Below are positions 1 to 11,937 of a DNA stretch of 64,000 nt, piece after piece. Every line of letters starts with the position of its first letter. The stretch's first letter is position 1. Source of the DNA: Amoebidium appalachense (taxonomy: Eukaryota; Protista; Ichthyosporea); contig CAVNZM010000016.1 in NCBI GenBank assembly GCA_963693365.1, forward strand, positions 4,305,957 to 4,369,956, in the 5' to 3' direction. Made by a program: the position numbers and the translations under genes. Under the pieces are notes generated by a model that worked only from the letters and a program-made list of their open reading frames with translations, was not told the DNA's origin and did no database searches.

Positions 1-69
1 GGGCGGGGGAGGGATATGACAGGGGAATAGTCATATGTATTGCATATCGCATGATAGTATTACACACAA

Positions 70-301
<232 letters not shown>

Positions 302-410
302 CGGGCATAACTGTACTCATATGCATGTGTGTGTATAGTATACACCTGAGAGTGTGTGTTTCCTTATGTGTGTGTGTTTCCGTACGTGTGTGTGTGTGCA
401 TGTGTGTGTG

Positions 411-449
<39 letters not shown>

Positions 450-765
450 GTGCGCGCGCGTGTGTGTCTTTGTGTGTGGTGAAGCACATGTATGTAAGCA
501 TAATGATGTCTGTGTGCTTCTCAGAGGCCGGGGGAGTATGATGCTGGGACGACGGCGGGGGGGGGGGGGGGGGGGGGGAGAGGAGGGGGGAGGGGGAGGG
601 GAGGGGGGGGGGGGGGGGGGGGTTGCATTAAGGGGACTCATTGGAGTGGGGCGTGAACGCCTCAGGGGAAGTACACAGTACCATGAATAGACGACAAAGA
701 ATAGATGGCGGCTCGACATACGACGGCTTGGGAATGTCCGTGTGTATGCGTGCGTGTGCGTACTT

Positions 766-830
<65 letters not shown>

Positions 831-971
831 GGGAGGGGGATTAGGCTGTGGAAGACGGCACTAATCAGTGATTAACATGGTGCAGGAAACATCCAAGAGC
901 AAACATTTATATCTAATATCAAAACCACCAACACGCCTCCGGCGCCGAGGGGGGGGGGGGGGGGGGGGGTG

Positions 972-1366
972 TTTGAATGCGGAACACGGTACAAAGTACG
1001 CATACACGACGAGAAGCATGGTGCAGGACACATGCAAAGGCAAACATTCAAGTATGCAACATCAGCCATGTGCACAGTATGCGTCATAAGCAGAGCCCAT
1101 CCTCAGGGAGGACCCAAGTCATCAATTGCGTCTGAGTTTCGACCCCTTAGCCCGCGTATATACGACACTCCAACTCAGACAGCAGCATCAACTGAGCTTG
1201 GGCGGGTCAACCCGTCTTGATCAAAGACGAGCAGGGTTGCTTATGCAAGCAAGGTGAGCAAAACGGTGAAGATGTGTGTGCAAACTAATGCAGTGCAGCG
1301 AAAAATGTGTATGTGCTTACAGATGCACGACACAGAGCAACCATGCCCGGTTGCATGGAAGTAAAG
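972..1366. repeat. Interspersed ~395-bp repeat family A, copy 1
   Basis: Near-identical to 1425-1816 (tandem, period 453) and to the reverse complement of 33717-34111. Diverged fragments lie at ~875-910 and ~14705-14765. Confidence 0.9.
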
Positions 1367-1424
1367 CGGTCTCCACACAGTGGTCTGTCCTGAAAGGACA
1401 CCTCTGAAAGAAGACTGGGGGGGT

Positions 1425-1816
1425 TTTGAATGCGGAACACGGTACAAAGTACGCATACACGACGAGAAGCATGGTGCAGGACACATGCAAAGGCAAACAT
1501 TCAAGTATGCAACATCAGCCATGTGCACAGTATGCGTCATAAGCAGAGCCCATCCTCAGGGAGGACCCAAGTCATCAATTGCGTCTGAGTTTCGACCCCT
1601 TAGCCCGCGTATATACGACACTCCAACTCAGACAGCAGCATCAACTGAGCTTGGGCGGGTCAACCCGTCTTGATCAAAGACGAGCAGGGTTGCTTATGCA
1701 AGCAAGGTGAGCAAAACGGTGAAGATGTGTGTGCAAACTAATGCAGTGCAGCGAAAAAATGTGTATGTGCTTACAGATGCACGACACAGAGCAACCATGC
1801 CCGGTTGCATGGAAGT
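1425..1816. repeat. Interspersed repeat family A, copy 2 (tandem)
   Basis: Direct repeat of 972-1362. Confidence 0.9.
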
Positions 1817-1953
1817 GGGGGAGCAACCTTTCATGACACCCAACAGATTGTGGACGTCTCTGATTTGGGATCGTAGCTGCTTCGTGACGGGACTCGCCCG
1901 AATATCCTGTGCCAGGGCCAGTTTTTTTTTTTTTTTTTTTTTTTTTTTGGTGG

Positions 1954-1994
<41 letters not shown>

Positions 1995-4914
1995 GTCGGT
2001 GGTTGGGGGGGGGGGGGGGGGGAAGGGGTGGGGGGGTTTTGGTGGTTTTGGGGGAGGGGGGGAGAGGAGGGAAAGGGGGGGGGGGGGGGGTCAGGAAGGT
2101 GACATCCGTCAAAAAGATTTTGGAAGTACCACCGTTCTCTCCTGTTTTCTTGCACCCCCATGCTTCTTGATTGATCATTATCTCAGCATAGTCGAGGGCG
2201 AGATCTTGCGCTTCCAAAAATGGGACAATACCTTTAAACTGTCACCCATCCCTCTCAACCCCCCCCCCCCAGCCCTCCCCTCCCCCCTCAACCCCTCCCC
2301 CCCAACCACCACCACCACCACTACCAACACCACTCCCTCCTCCCATCACCTCCTTTCCCCCCCCCCCCCACACACACACACCCCCCTCTCCCCACCACCA
2401 CCATCAAAAAACCCCCCTCACTATTTACCCTCCTACCATTCCCCCCCCCCCCCCCCCCCCCCCTCCTCCCCCCGGTGACACCCTCTCCCACCTTCTTCTT
2501 CGAGATCCCTCAAACTTCAGGTACTTCCCATTCCAAAAGACAAATCAATCACATTTTCTCATAACAGAACCCCCACTCTCGTTCATCTACTCCGGGACCA
2601 CGGTGTACGATGAGCAACCCCCCCCTCCCCCCGCCCCCCTCCCTCCCCCCTCCCCCCCCCCCCCCCCCCTCCCCCCCGGCTCCCGACCTACCTACCCTGC
2701 CCCTCATCCCCCACCTCCCCCCTCCACAAACGCACACATATGTACACGCACACACGCATACGCACGGACACACACACATAGCCCGTTCCAGGCACAGAGG
2801 GGGAGTTGCCACAACCAAACCTTATCCCAGTCCTCTGTGGAGGGTATGGAACACGGAAGAACAACTACTAGATGCTCATGAACCTGTGCTCTTATATGCT
2901 AAGAATATGCACTATTGTTAAGCGATATAACAGAATGTCAGTACGCATATATATCCCCATGGTTGTGCACTAAGTCTGTGTGTGGGTGTGTGTGTGCACC
3001 AGTGCAAACGTACGTACGCGCGCACGTGCGTCGTGCGTGCATTATTCGTGCGTGCAAGCGCGCGTCCGCGCGTCGGAAAACCTTTGAGTATGCCTGAGTA
3101 AGTAGTTGGGGTGGTCTGCCAAGTCGTGATTGGCCGTGCACGATAATTACAGTCAGCACCGTGCAGGGAGCCACATCAGGCGAGGTGCCTTTCCGCAAAC
3201 CTAAAACCAACAGGCATGTTCGAAGGGATGGGAATGTCTGACATACCCTCAGTAAACCGTCAGCCTGTGCCATTTTCTCTCGCTCTCTCTTGCCACAGAT
3301 GTTTTGAGTGTAACTTCACGCAGCCAGGCAGGAAGGTCCGTCCCTGTTCATGTCCCAGGGTGACAGTGACGATCCTGGCTTGTAGATTTCACAAGCGATT
3401 AGGACGAGACATAAATAAGCTTAGTCACCCCTTGTTTTCTCGCTACAACACGTCTTACTCCTCCTGTTTCAGCACCTGTATGTATATATGCTCATGTGCA
3501 TATATATGCAACCACAACCGTAATATAGAGACTAAACTTGAGAAACAACTTGGCACTTCGAAACTTCTGGGCGATAAACTTTGTGCTCTGTGCCAAGTTG
3601 CCTTTTGCCGAGAGACTCAGATTTCATATATGGCCTTTCATATTTCATCCCAGCCAATCAAATACGCCGGCTTATCTACATTCCATCAGGCATCATGATG
3701 GCATCCTTTTATAGCCTACAGCACGCTATCCCATTAATCCCCCTGTTGAACGTTCTCAGGGAGTAAAATGACGTCATCAACGCAGTCATACCAACCCCGG
3801 AGGGCGTGACCGGGGGAAGTTTCTTCAGTCTGTTTCAGTGAGTCCGGCGACGCCCGAGGGGCCCTGTCTGCCTGTATGAAGTTCACAGTGAGAGTGACTC
3901 GGTATCATACACTCTGCATGTGATTTCATGCCCTATACAGGGCCTGTGGCGCCGGCAACACTGTTTTGGTATCATTGGTGGCGGTGGCGTGGTAGCGGTG
4001 GTGGGAGTGATATCGATGGTGGTCACAATCATTGGTGGGCCAGTGGTTGGTAACCAGTTGGTGGTGGTGGCCATGGATTAAGGTGTTTTTGAAGTTCTTA
4101 TGAAATACTCAGGGGGGTAGAGCCTGGTAGATATCAGGAGAGCAACCTTAAATTTGTCACGCATGCACTACAGGGGCCCCTGTAAGGCACTTTTTTTTTT
4201 TTTTGGCATGCAGGAGCTGTGCTGTTAGGGAAAAGGGAAGCCTAAAAGATTGGAGGGCCCTGCTGACCTACACTGTATAGTGATTATCCATTGATTATAT
4301 CTAAAATATTAACCCTCTATTTTTTAAGTGGAGTGGGTGAATGAGTAGGTGGGACTCATAGATCCCCCGGCACTATATGTAGACGGGAGGTAGCAGAGGG
4401 GAAGGGAATGTGTGTGTGTATGTGTGAGTGTGTGTGTGTTTGGGGGGAGGGGGGGGGGGGGAGGAGGGGGGAGGAGGGAGGGAGGGGGGGGAGGGGGGGG
4501 GGGAGGGCAGCCAATATACCACTTTTTCCCAAAATGACTGAGCCAAGACGTGTTTTTCGAGTGGGGCTGTAGCACCCACAGTTAACGTGTATAGTTTACT
4601 AAGGAAGTACTACGGCTAGTATACTATTAGCCGGTGCACCCGCTGGGTTGCTGCGTCTTTCATGTGCAATGTATATGTGCAATCCATATGCCTCGACTAT
4701 TACAGTTAAACCCCACTTCTCACATCGTCCTTGGTATATATGATGCTTCGTATTTGCTCTTTTAAGGGAAGGTGGGCTGGTCTAATCTCAAGATGTGCTC
4801 ATCCACGGCTGGCTAGTGCTGCACAAGTTGCACAGCTACTCAACAAATTGTGTAGAGGAACGAAAGCCGACACACAAAAGACAGGTAAAACAAAAGGACC
4901 ATTGACTTCATAAG

Positions 4915-5877
4915 TTATTCTCTACGGAATAATCTCTCCCAAGGGACCTGTTTCAAGCTGGTTATCCTGCAGTCTGCATGTTCAAAAACCAACCTTTCGT
5001 TCTGTGGCCAAGCGACCACCAATGCACCGGCCAACTTTCCAGCCGTAGCCCCCGACGGACTATCTTCGATTACAATGCATCTCGCTGGATCCACCCCTAA
5101 TCTTTTTGCACCAAGCAGATATGGTTCTGGGTCGGGCTTTCCCTTCGTAACGCTCTCAATAGTGACTACGTTAGGGAGGAAATCGTGAAATAGGGGGTTG
5201 TGCTTGATTGCTGGGAGCACTGCTGATGCGTTCCCATTTGACACGCACGTTATTTTGATGTTCCACTCTTTCAGTTGCTGCACTAATTCAACGACTCCTT
5301 CACGCGGATGTGCATCAGCCACCTGTTGGCAAGAAAAAATCAAGCACATCAGGTAGATTCAACACAAGATCTCTTATCATGATCCAAGACGTAGGTACAG
5401 AGAAGTTACATAAGTGCAAAAGGCAGACCTACCAGAACCCAAAGCCGGAAAGCACATAATAAAGGCTTTCTTCTTTGTTAGCAATGCGAGCAGGCTCGGT
5501 GAATGAACGTTTAGGTGTGAGAAACAAGAAGAGAGATTTTGAACAGGAAGTAAAGGTAAACCCCGACTCACCATTGCAGCAAACCGTTGGCCGGCTTCTT
5601 CAGCTAGTTCCACGTTGCTCTTTTCCTTGGGAAACTTTGGGCACTTGTACCTATACAGCTCGAAAAATTCCAACGTGTTTTGCCCTACCAGGCTGTTGTA
5701 TTCATCTTCGCTCAGGTGGTAGCCATAATCGGCTAGCATTCCGCTTGCACACTTGTAGTGAACGGGTTCTGAGTCTATGAGGGTGCCGTCTACATCCCAC
5801 AACACGGCTTCGAAAACATCGGAAAACGGCCCTTCTAGGAGTTCGCCACTCTGTTCGCCACTTTGATGAGGCGCCAT
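4915..5877 (-). CDS. HAD-superfamily hydrolase (beta-PGM/CbbY-like phosphatase), 2 exons, ~237 aa
   Basis: Exon 1 is 5877-5572 (motif I WDVDGTLIDSEP; donor ATG|GTGAGT). Exon 2 is 5322-4915 (acceptor CAG|GTG; motif II VSN, motif III KPDPEPY, motif IV IEDSPSG). The 249-bp phase-0 intron keeps the frame. Confidence 0.92.
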
Positions 5878-6206
5878 CCTTTTTGGTGCGAGGTGTGCAC
5901 TAAAGATCTGAGAGAAAAGGCAGAGTGTGGGGATCAGCCTGGAAGACGTCGAGTCACAGGGGATCGATGAACGAAAAGAAAGAACCGCTGGTCGAACTGT
6001 ATACGTATACCTCCTGTATTCTTGAACACATGTGCACTGAATTCAAACAAAAACTCACGAGCATATAAATTACCGCGGCCGTACTTCAATTGTCACAAAG
6101 ATGGCACAAAGTTTTCATCATTCCCAACCTCGGTCACTTAGTTTGGAGGTCACGTGACCGGAGGTTGGGTTGAAGGAGATTGGGGGAGGACTGAGCTGCA
6201 AAAAAA

Positions 6207-6398
6207 GATCCGCTATCCAATCAGTGTTTTTGGCGGTATTCCGAACGGACTCTTGGTGACGGATGATCCGCTATCCAATCAGTGTTTTTGGCGGCGGATT
6301 TCAAAATTCCTAACGGACTCTTGGTGACGGGATATACGCTATCCAATCAGTGTTTTTGGCGGCGGATTTCAAAATTCCTAACGGACTCTTGGTGACGG
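6207..6398. repeat. Three tandem ~60-70-bp units containing CCAAT, upstream of the HAD gene
   Basis: The unit CGCTATCCAATCAGTGTTTTTGGCGG...AACGGACTCTTGGTGACG starts at ~6207, ~6265 and ~6337. Confidence 0.85.
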
Positions 6399-7422
6399 CA
6401 GTACATGAGATCGCGATCGAAGAAGCCGATCAGTTTGCCAGATGGCTCCGGCTGGATCTGGGAAGGAGGTGTCACCACACATGTGGGTCATGATGTTCCA
6501 CTGATGTTACCACAATCAGGGCTCGCTTCGCTCGCCCTGCCATGGCGAGCACCGGGGCGAGCGCAAGCGAGGCCCGGCAGCGAGTCCAAGGCCTCCTAAA
6601 TAGCACACCTTGAGCGAGTCTCAGAGAGTGGGGTCAGAACCACATCAATCAAGGCAATATTGAATATCAGTCATGTGTATGCGAACAATGAAGAATCATT
6701 GAAGATCTGCTCGAGTTCTCTTCTCGAGTTCACTAGATGGCCCTAGTACCTTCGGCCGAGGTTGGGCGACGTCGAGCGCTAGTGAGATAGATAACTTGTG
6801 AGATCAAGATATATTCCTAGAGTGTACTGATAGTCTTCATCAGATAGGCCGTGCCATCAAGAGATGGCTGTGCGATAACAGGGATTTTGTAGCCAATTAA
6901 AATATATACAAGAGCAACCAAATTGAACCAATAGGTGTGCAGATAACTTTTGATTGGTTCAAGGCAAGGTCCGTGTCACTCCGTGAGAGTCAGAGTCTCA
7001 GAGAGGGACTCCGTCAGTCCGTGCCGGTGTGCATGTGTGGTGGTGATGCACGTGCACGTGGTGGTGGGTGGGTGGTGGTGGAGGGGGGGGGGGGGTAAAA
7101 AACGGCAACATGCTCCGCACCATGCCATGCAAACATAACATGGGCCTCTCAAGATTGCCAGGTGACACCGTACGGTACCGGTAAGGAAGGAGGTCCCCGG
7201 GGGGGGGGGGGGGGGGGGGGGGGGGAGGGGGGAACAAATAATAAATGAAGCTGCCACGTAGCCGGCGCCCACCTGTCGCCGGAATCTGACCGTCATCCAG
7301 TGTGTTCCGCACGCGCACGTGTGTATTCGCGTGGCAAGTGCTGAAGGGGGAGGAGGAGGAGGGAGGGGGGGGGGGGGGGGGGGAAGGAGGGAACTGAGGA
7401 CACGGCACGCGTAGGCCCGGAA

Positions 7423-7453
7423 CACGGCCATCTAGAGTCTCTAGATGGCCGTG
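7423..7453. mobile_element. 31-bp perfect palindrome (TIR-TIR mini element) with 8-bp target-site duplication
   Basis: CACGGCCATCTAGAG-T-CTCTAGATGGCCGTG is flanked by GCCCGGAA at both 7415-7422 and 7454-7461. Confidence 0.75.
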
Positions 7454-8414
7454 GCCCGGAAAAACATCGTAATAAAGAAACACACAAGCGGGCAACGTAG
7501 GAAGTGACCATCCTCTAATTCACATGTGCAGTTACTGTAGACGGGTGAGCAGGTTGGGTGATGGGATTTCTTTCGTTTCTTTTCCGAGGCCGGGAGGGGG
7601 GGAGGGGTTAGAACCTGACTCCGGGCAGCACCATGCAAATCTTGCAAAGCACACAACAAAAAACCATGTGTGCATCACTATTAGCAGTGAGACAGACAGA
7701 GAGAGAGAGAGAGAGCGCGCACGTGTGCTCTCTCTCTCTGTGTGTGTGTGTGTGTGTGTTTGGGGGGGGGGGGGGAGGGAGGTCATGCATTCGATCACAG
7801 TGCACGTCAGCCCCTTTGTAACACATATTCCATTTACATTTGGCAGCCCGGCCGGCGGGGCCAGAGCTTTATTTCCGTATGATAACATATTTCACTTGTC
7901 GACACTATGTACGGGTCCCTACCCCATCTCCCCTATAGCACGTATGCACCCCAGGCCACCTCAGAACACAAAGGCTGGCGATGGTTACCACATGGGCACA
8001 CCACGGCTAAAAACTTGTGTATATATGATACATGTGTATAACACTCTTTCCTTTACCGCTTTATAGTAGGTGTGTGCATCGTGCAACAAAAAAAAGGCGG
8101 TAAGGATAAGTGTGTGTGCGTGCAAAAAAAGTATAGGGTCACCGATGCATATTATGTGGCAGCAGACGGAAGTGCCCATTCGGCTCATCGATTCGAGCAA
8201 ACAATAACCCTCAGAGACAAAGCACACAACATTACTTGAAACGTACTTTCACCCATCCCTGCCCGACAACTCCTATACACATCTGGAAACAGTCCTAAAT
8301 ACAGAACAAGCAACGTAACACTATAACTTGATACGGTAGCAGCTAAAGAAATAAATCACTTACTTGCAGAACACGTTATAACTTGATACGGTAGCAGCTA
8401 AAGAAATAAATCAC

Positions 8415-11400
8415 TTACTTGCCGAACGTGTTCTGAAGGGTCTCCATAGCAAGAAGGGTGATCATAGCGTGGGGGGCAATGCGCACATAGTATGTCATGA
8501 AGCCCTTGTAGAATGCAAGGGGTCCCTCGTTCTTCACCACCTGTTCACAAAAACATGTCAGCCTCTTACCCATTACCATGGACTGCCCCCTCCCCTCCCC
8601 CCCCTTTCCCCCGGGCCCTGAAAAAACCCAAAAAACCACCCAGCCCACCCGATTAACAGCCTTCAGCCTTCAAGTCCTCGAAGCCATTAGCAGCATGCAA
8701 TCCTTTGTTCCCCTTGCAGGCCTATTTCCCCATAACCCTCTCGTCTCTCTCTCTCTCCCCCCCCCCCCCCCCCGCCCCTTCCAACCCCCCTTGATCCCCT
8801 CTCACACACCCGTACAACCAATTCCTTCGAACCCCCCCCCCTCTCCCCCCTTTCACGCACGCGTACGAACAATTCATTCCCGCATTCCCCCACGTACGAT
8901 ACACGCCGCCACGAAACGGAAGTCTTTTGGCCACCTCTGTAATATCCCCCTTCCCTTCCCCCCGACTGCACAATACAGGTCGGGAACGAAAGGACAGCAT
9001 ATCTGCATGCACACTAACCACATAAACACGAACACAAGCGCATGCATGGACACACACACAACTTCAACACGCCCGCATGCAGCCACACAAACGTACGAAA
9101 GCAAGTGCACACACACACACACACCTTCAACACGCAGTCAATGGAGTTCTTGTACGGGAGGACACCATCGGGGCCGGGCTTCTGCTTCTGAAGACGGGTC
9201 TTCACGAAGTCAAAGGGCAGAGAGAAGGCGGAGGCAAGGAAACCGGCCACGGCAGATGAAGCAAAGTTGGTGACTGCGCCCTTGCCAACCTTCTGTGTGA
9301 GGTACTCCTGCAGGACCAAACACAGGGTTAGTGTGTGCCTATGACCTTAGTAAAGAAGAAGAGAGGCGAGGCGCGAGTAGGATGGAAGGTGTCCCCCAGC
9401 CCACTACGGTTAGTGTGTGCCCATACCAGAACACGATGTTCACTCCCCCCTCCCTTCTCTCCACTGTCTCCGAAGCCCCCCCCCCCCTTCCTTCCCCAGT
9501 TGCCTCGTTCCATACCCTTCCCCCCATCCACAGAAAAAGATAAATCCCCCCACTCTCACTGCTGAACGGATGTTATCTTGATTTCTTCCGTTCAGGGAAC
9601 CCCCATACCCCTCCCCACACCCCATGCTGCTACCTAAATACGACCACATACTGGGGGGAAGGGGGGGGGGGGGAGCTATGGATACAGATCGGGGAGGGGA
9701 GGGGGGAGGCGGTGCGTGTGCGTGCACGTGGGGGGGGGGGGGGGGGGGTTGTTGAGGACTGAGTGTAAGGTGGAGGGGGGTTTGGCGAACAGGGTTAACG
9801 TGGTTGTGTGTATTGGGGGGGGGGGGGGGGGGGGGGGTTTGCAGGAAGACAGACTCTCAACAGTCAGGAGAGGTGAAGAAATGGAAGAGAGAGGATCAAA
9901 CAACAATTACATGGAGTTTGGAGGTAGCATGTCCTGGACCCACATTCAGGGGTTGAAGGAGGGGGGGGGGGTTCAAAGAGAGTGTGTGTGTGTGTAAAAG
10001 GGGGGGGGGGGTGGGGGGGTTATGGAAGACAGACTCAAAAGTCAGGAGAGGTGAAGAAATGGAAGAGAGAGGGACACGAATTGAGATACCGAGGCAAAGA
10101 AATCAACGGAAGATCAAACAACAATTACATGGTGTGTGGAGGTAGCATGTCCTGGACCCACATTCAGGGGTTGAAGGAGGGGGGTGGGGGGGGGGGGGGG
10201 GGGGGGGTTTCAAAGTGTGTGTGTGTGTGTGTGTAAAGGGGGGGGGGGGGGGGTTAGGCTCTTACCTTGGTCTGGTCGTACGAGGCCAACATACCCATGT
10301 TGAGGGCCATGGCACGAACCACAGTGGGGGTGCTGCCCTTCCACCAGCCGGTGATGCCCTCCTCCTTGGCTATGCGGCTGTTTGGTAAAGGAGGTCCGTT
10401 AGTGATTGTGTGGTAACATATATAAGGGATCTGAAAAAGACAAGAGGCCAGGCGAGTGGAGATGAACCCAAGGAATAGACAGTGCAGGAGGACGAGGGTG
10501 GTGGGGCGGGGGATGAGGGGGGGGGGGGGGGGAGGCGGGAGAAGCAGAGGGAAGGGAGAGAGGGACAGAAAGATAGAAGGGGAAGAAGGGGGGAGGGGAT
10601 GATGGGGGGGAAAGAGGGAGGGACAGGAGGGGGGGGTTTACGTGCAATAACACACAGAACACGTGACGTATAAGAGATCAGTTTGAAAAGACTTCCTAGC
10701 GTGTAAGGTGGACAGTTCAGGGCACCCGGGGGGAGGGGGGGGGGGGTGGACGGAGGAGGGGGAGGGGGCGGGAGGGAGGGGGAGGAGGGAGGAGTTGGGG
10801 GGGGGGGGGACAGATGGTTGGGGAGAAGGGGGTCGTACCCGAGGGCGTTGAAGACGTTTGTGTAGTTGCGGCGCTGAGCAGCGGGCAGAGTAGCATCTGC
10901 CTGCATGCGGATAAGGGCCAAGTCGCAAGGGTTTCCAACAAAGGCACCGAGACCACCAGCGGCAAGACCGCAGAAGGCCTTCATCTGAAGGGAGAGAGCG
11001 CCATCGGGCCCCTTGAAGTGGTCACACAGACCACGGAAGATGCCCATGCGGGCCGTGGTGTAGGTGGCCTGGCGAAGGAGACCAGCACTCAAACCCTTGT
11101 ACAAGGACATGAAGCCCTCACCCTTGATGATCTGGGTGCCGACCGTGAACGGGTTGGCCGATGACTTGGCACCGCCCTCACCGAGCAGCTGGATGCGCAC
11201 CTGAACATGACCAGGGTTAGTATTCTTAAGAGAGATGGGAGCTAGAGAACCAAACAAAGCCAACCCTCTTCGAGAAGCCTATCTCGTTCGGCTCCAACGG
11301 ATTACCAAACGAGCCACCAATCAAGCGTTAACTGCTGAAGGGTGGAAATGGGTGTGTCGAGGGGGGACAGTTAAAGCCCATAAAGCGCAAAACTAACAAG

Positions 11401-11937
11401 GGGACATAACTTCCAGTAAAAAGGACGTGAGCATCGTTTCTGCTCCCGACCGGCAAAGCAGCCTCCGAATCCGGAAAAAAACGAGTGGCACAGAAAATAG
11501 GAGTGGATGCACCATCCAAGTTGCCGACCTGGAACAAAGATTTCCACAAAAAAGCTTGCATGGAAAGGGGGGGGGGGGGGGGGGGGGGGGAAGCTCTGAG
11601 ACAGACGTAACGAAAGAAGGAGAAAGGGGACCAAACACGAAAGCACTTCACTTCAGTCTGATCGGAGTCAGTCCACCATGGAGAAAACTGGCATGCCAAA
11701 GAAATAAAAGAGCTGGAGGGACCATAGTGCTTGCTAACTTCTCCCGTCTACCTATACACAGGGAGGTGAGAAGGAGGCCTCGAGAAACCAGGTTCTACAG
11801 AGGCCACCCCAGAAGCATGAAAGAAAACCAACCTTGATCATGTCGATCGGCTGGATGCATGTTGTGGCGAACATGCCGGAGGCACCACCGTAAAGGAAGG
11901 GCTTGGCCGCCGATAGCATGTTGTTCTTGTCTGCCAT
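8415..11937 (-). CDS. DTC: Mitochondrial dicarboxylate/tricarboxylate (2-oxoglutarate/malate) carrier, SLC25 family, 5 exons, ~295 aa
   Basis: Exons are 11937-11833, 11200-10839, 10377-10266, 9307-9125 and 8540-8415, all GT-AG with consistent phases. Three carrier signatures (PIDMIKVRIQ, PCDLALIRMQ, PFDFVKTRLQ). RAMALNMGMLASYDQ and YVRIAPH match the plant/protist DTC type rather than animal SLC25A11. Confidence 0.95.
9845..10240. repeat. Imperfect tandem duplication (~170-210 bp) in DTC intron 3
   Basis: GAAGACAGACTC...GGTAGCATGTCCTGGACCCACATTCAGGGGTTGAAGGA occurs at ~9845-9960 and ~10025-10178. Confidence 0.85.

Noticed and set aside
1825-2615. Coding-looking patches between homopolymers (1825-1920, 2095-2250, 2480-2615)
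   Set aside because: Open on both strands, with no recognisable domain and no consistent splice sites.
3100-4130. Possible exons or ORFs (3216-3698 +, 3883-4074 -)
   Set aside because: No phase-consistent gene model and no recognisable motif.
6207-6398. Direct repeats superficially like a CRISPR array (also the four repeats at 33409-35651)
   Set aside because: No unique spacers of regular length, no cas genes, and a eukaryotic intron-containing context.
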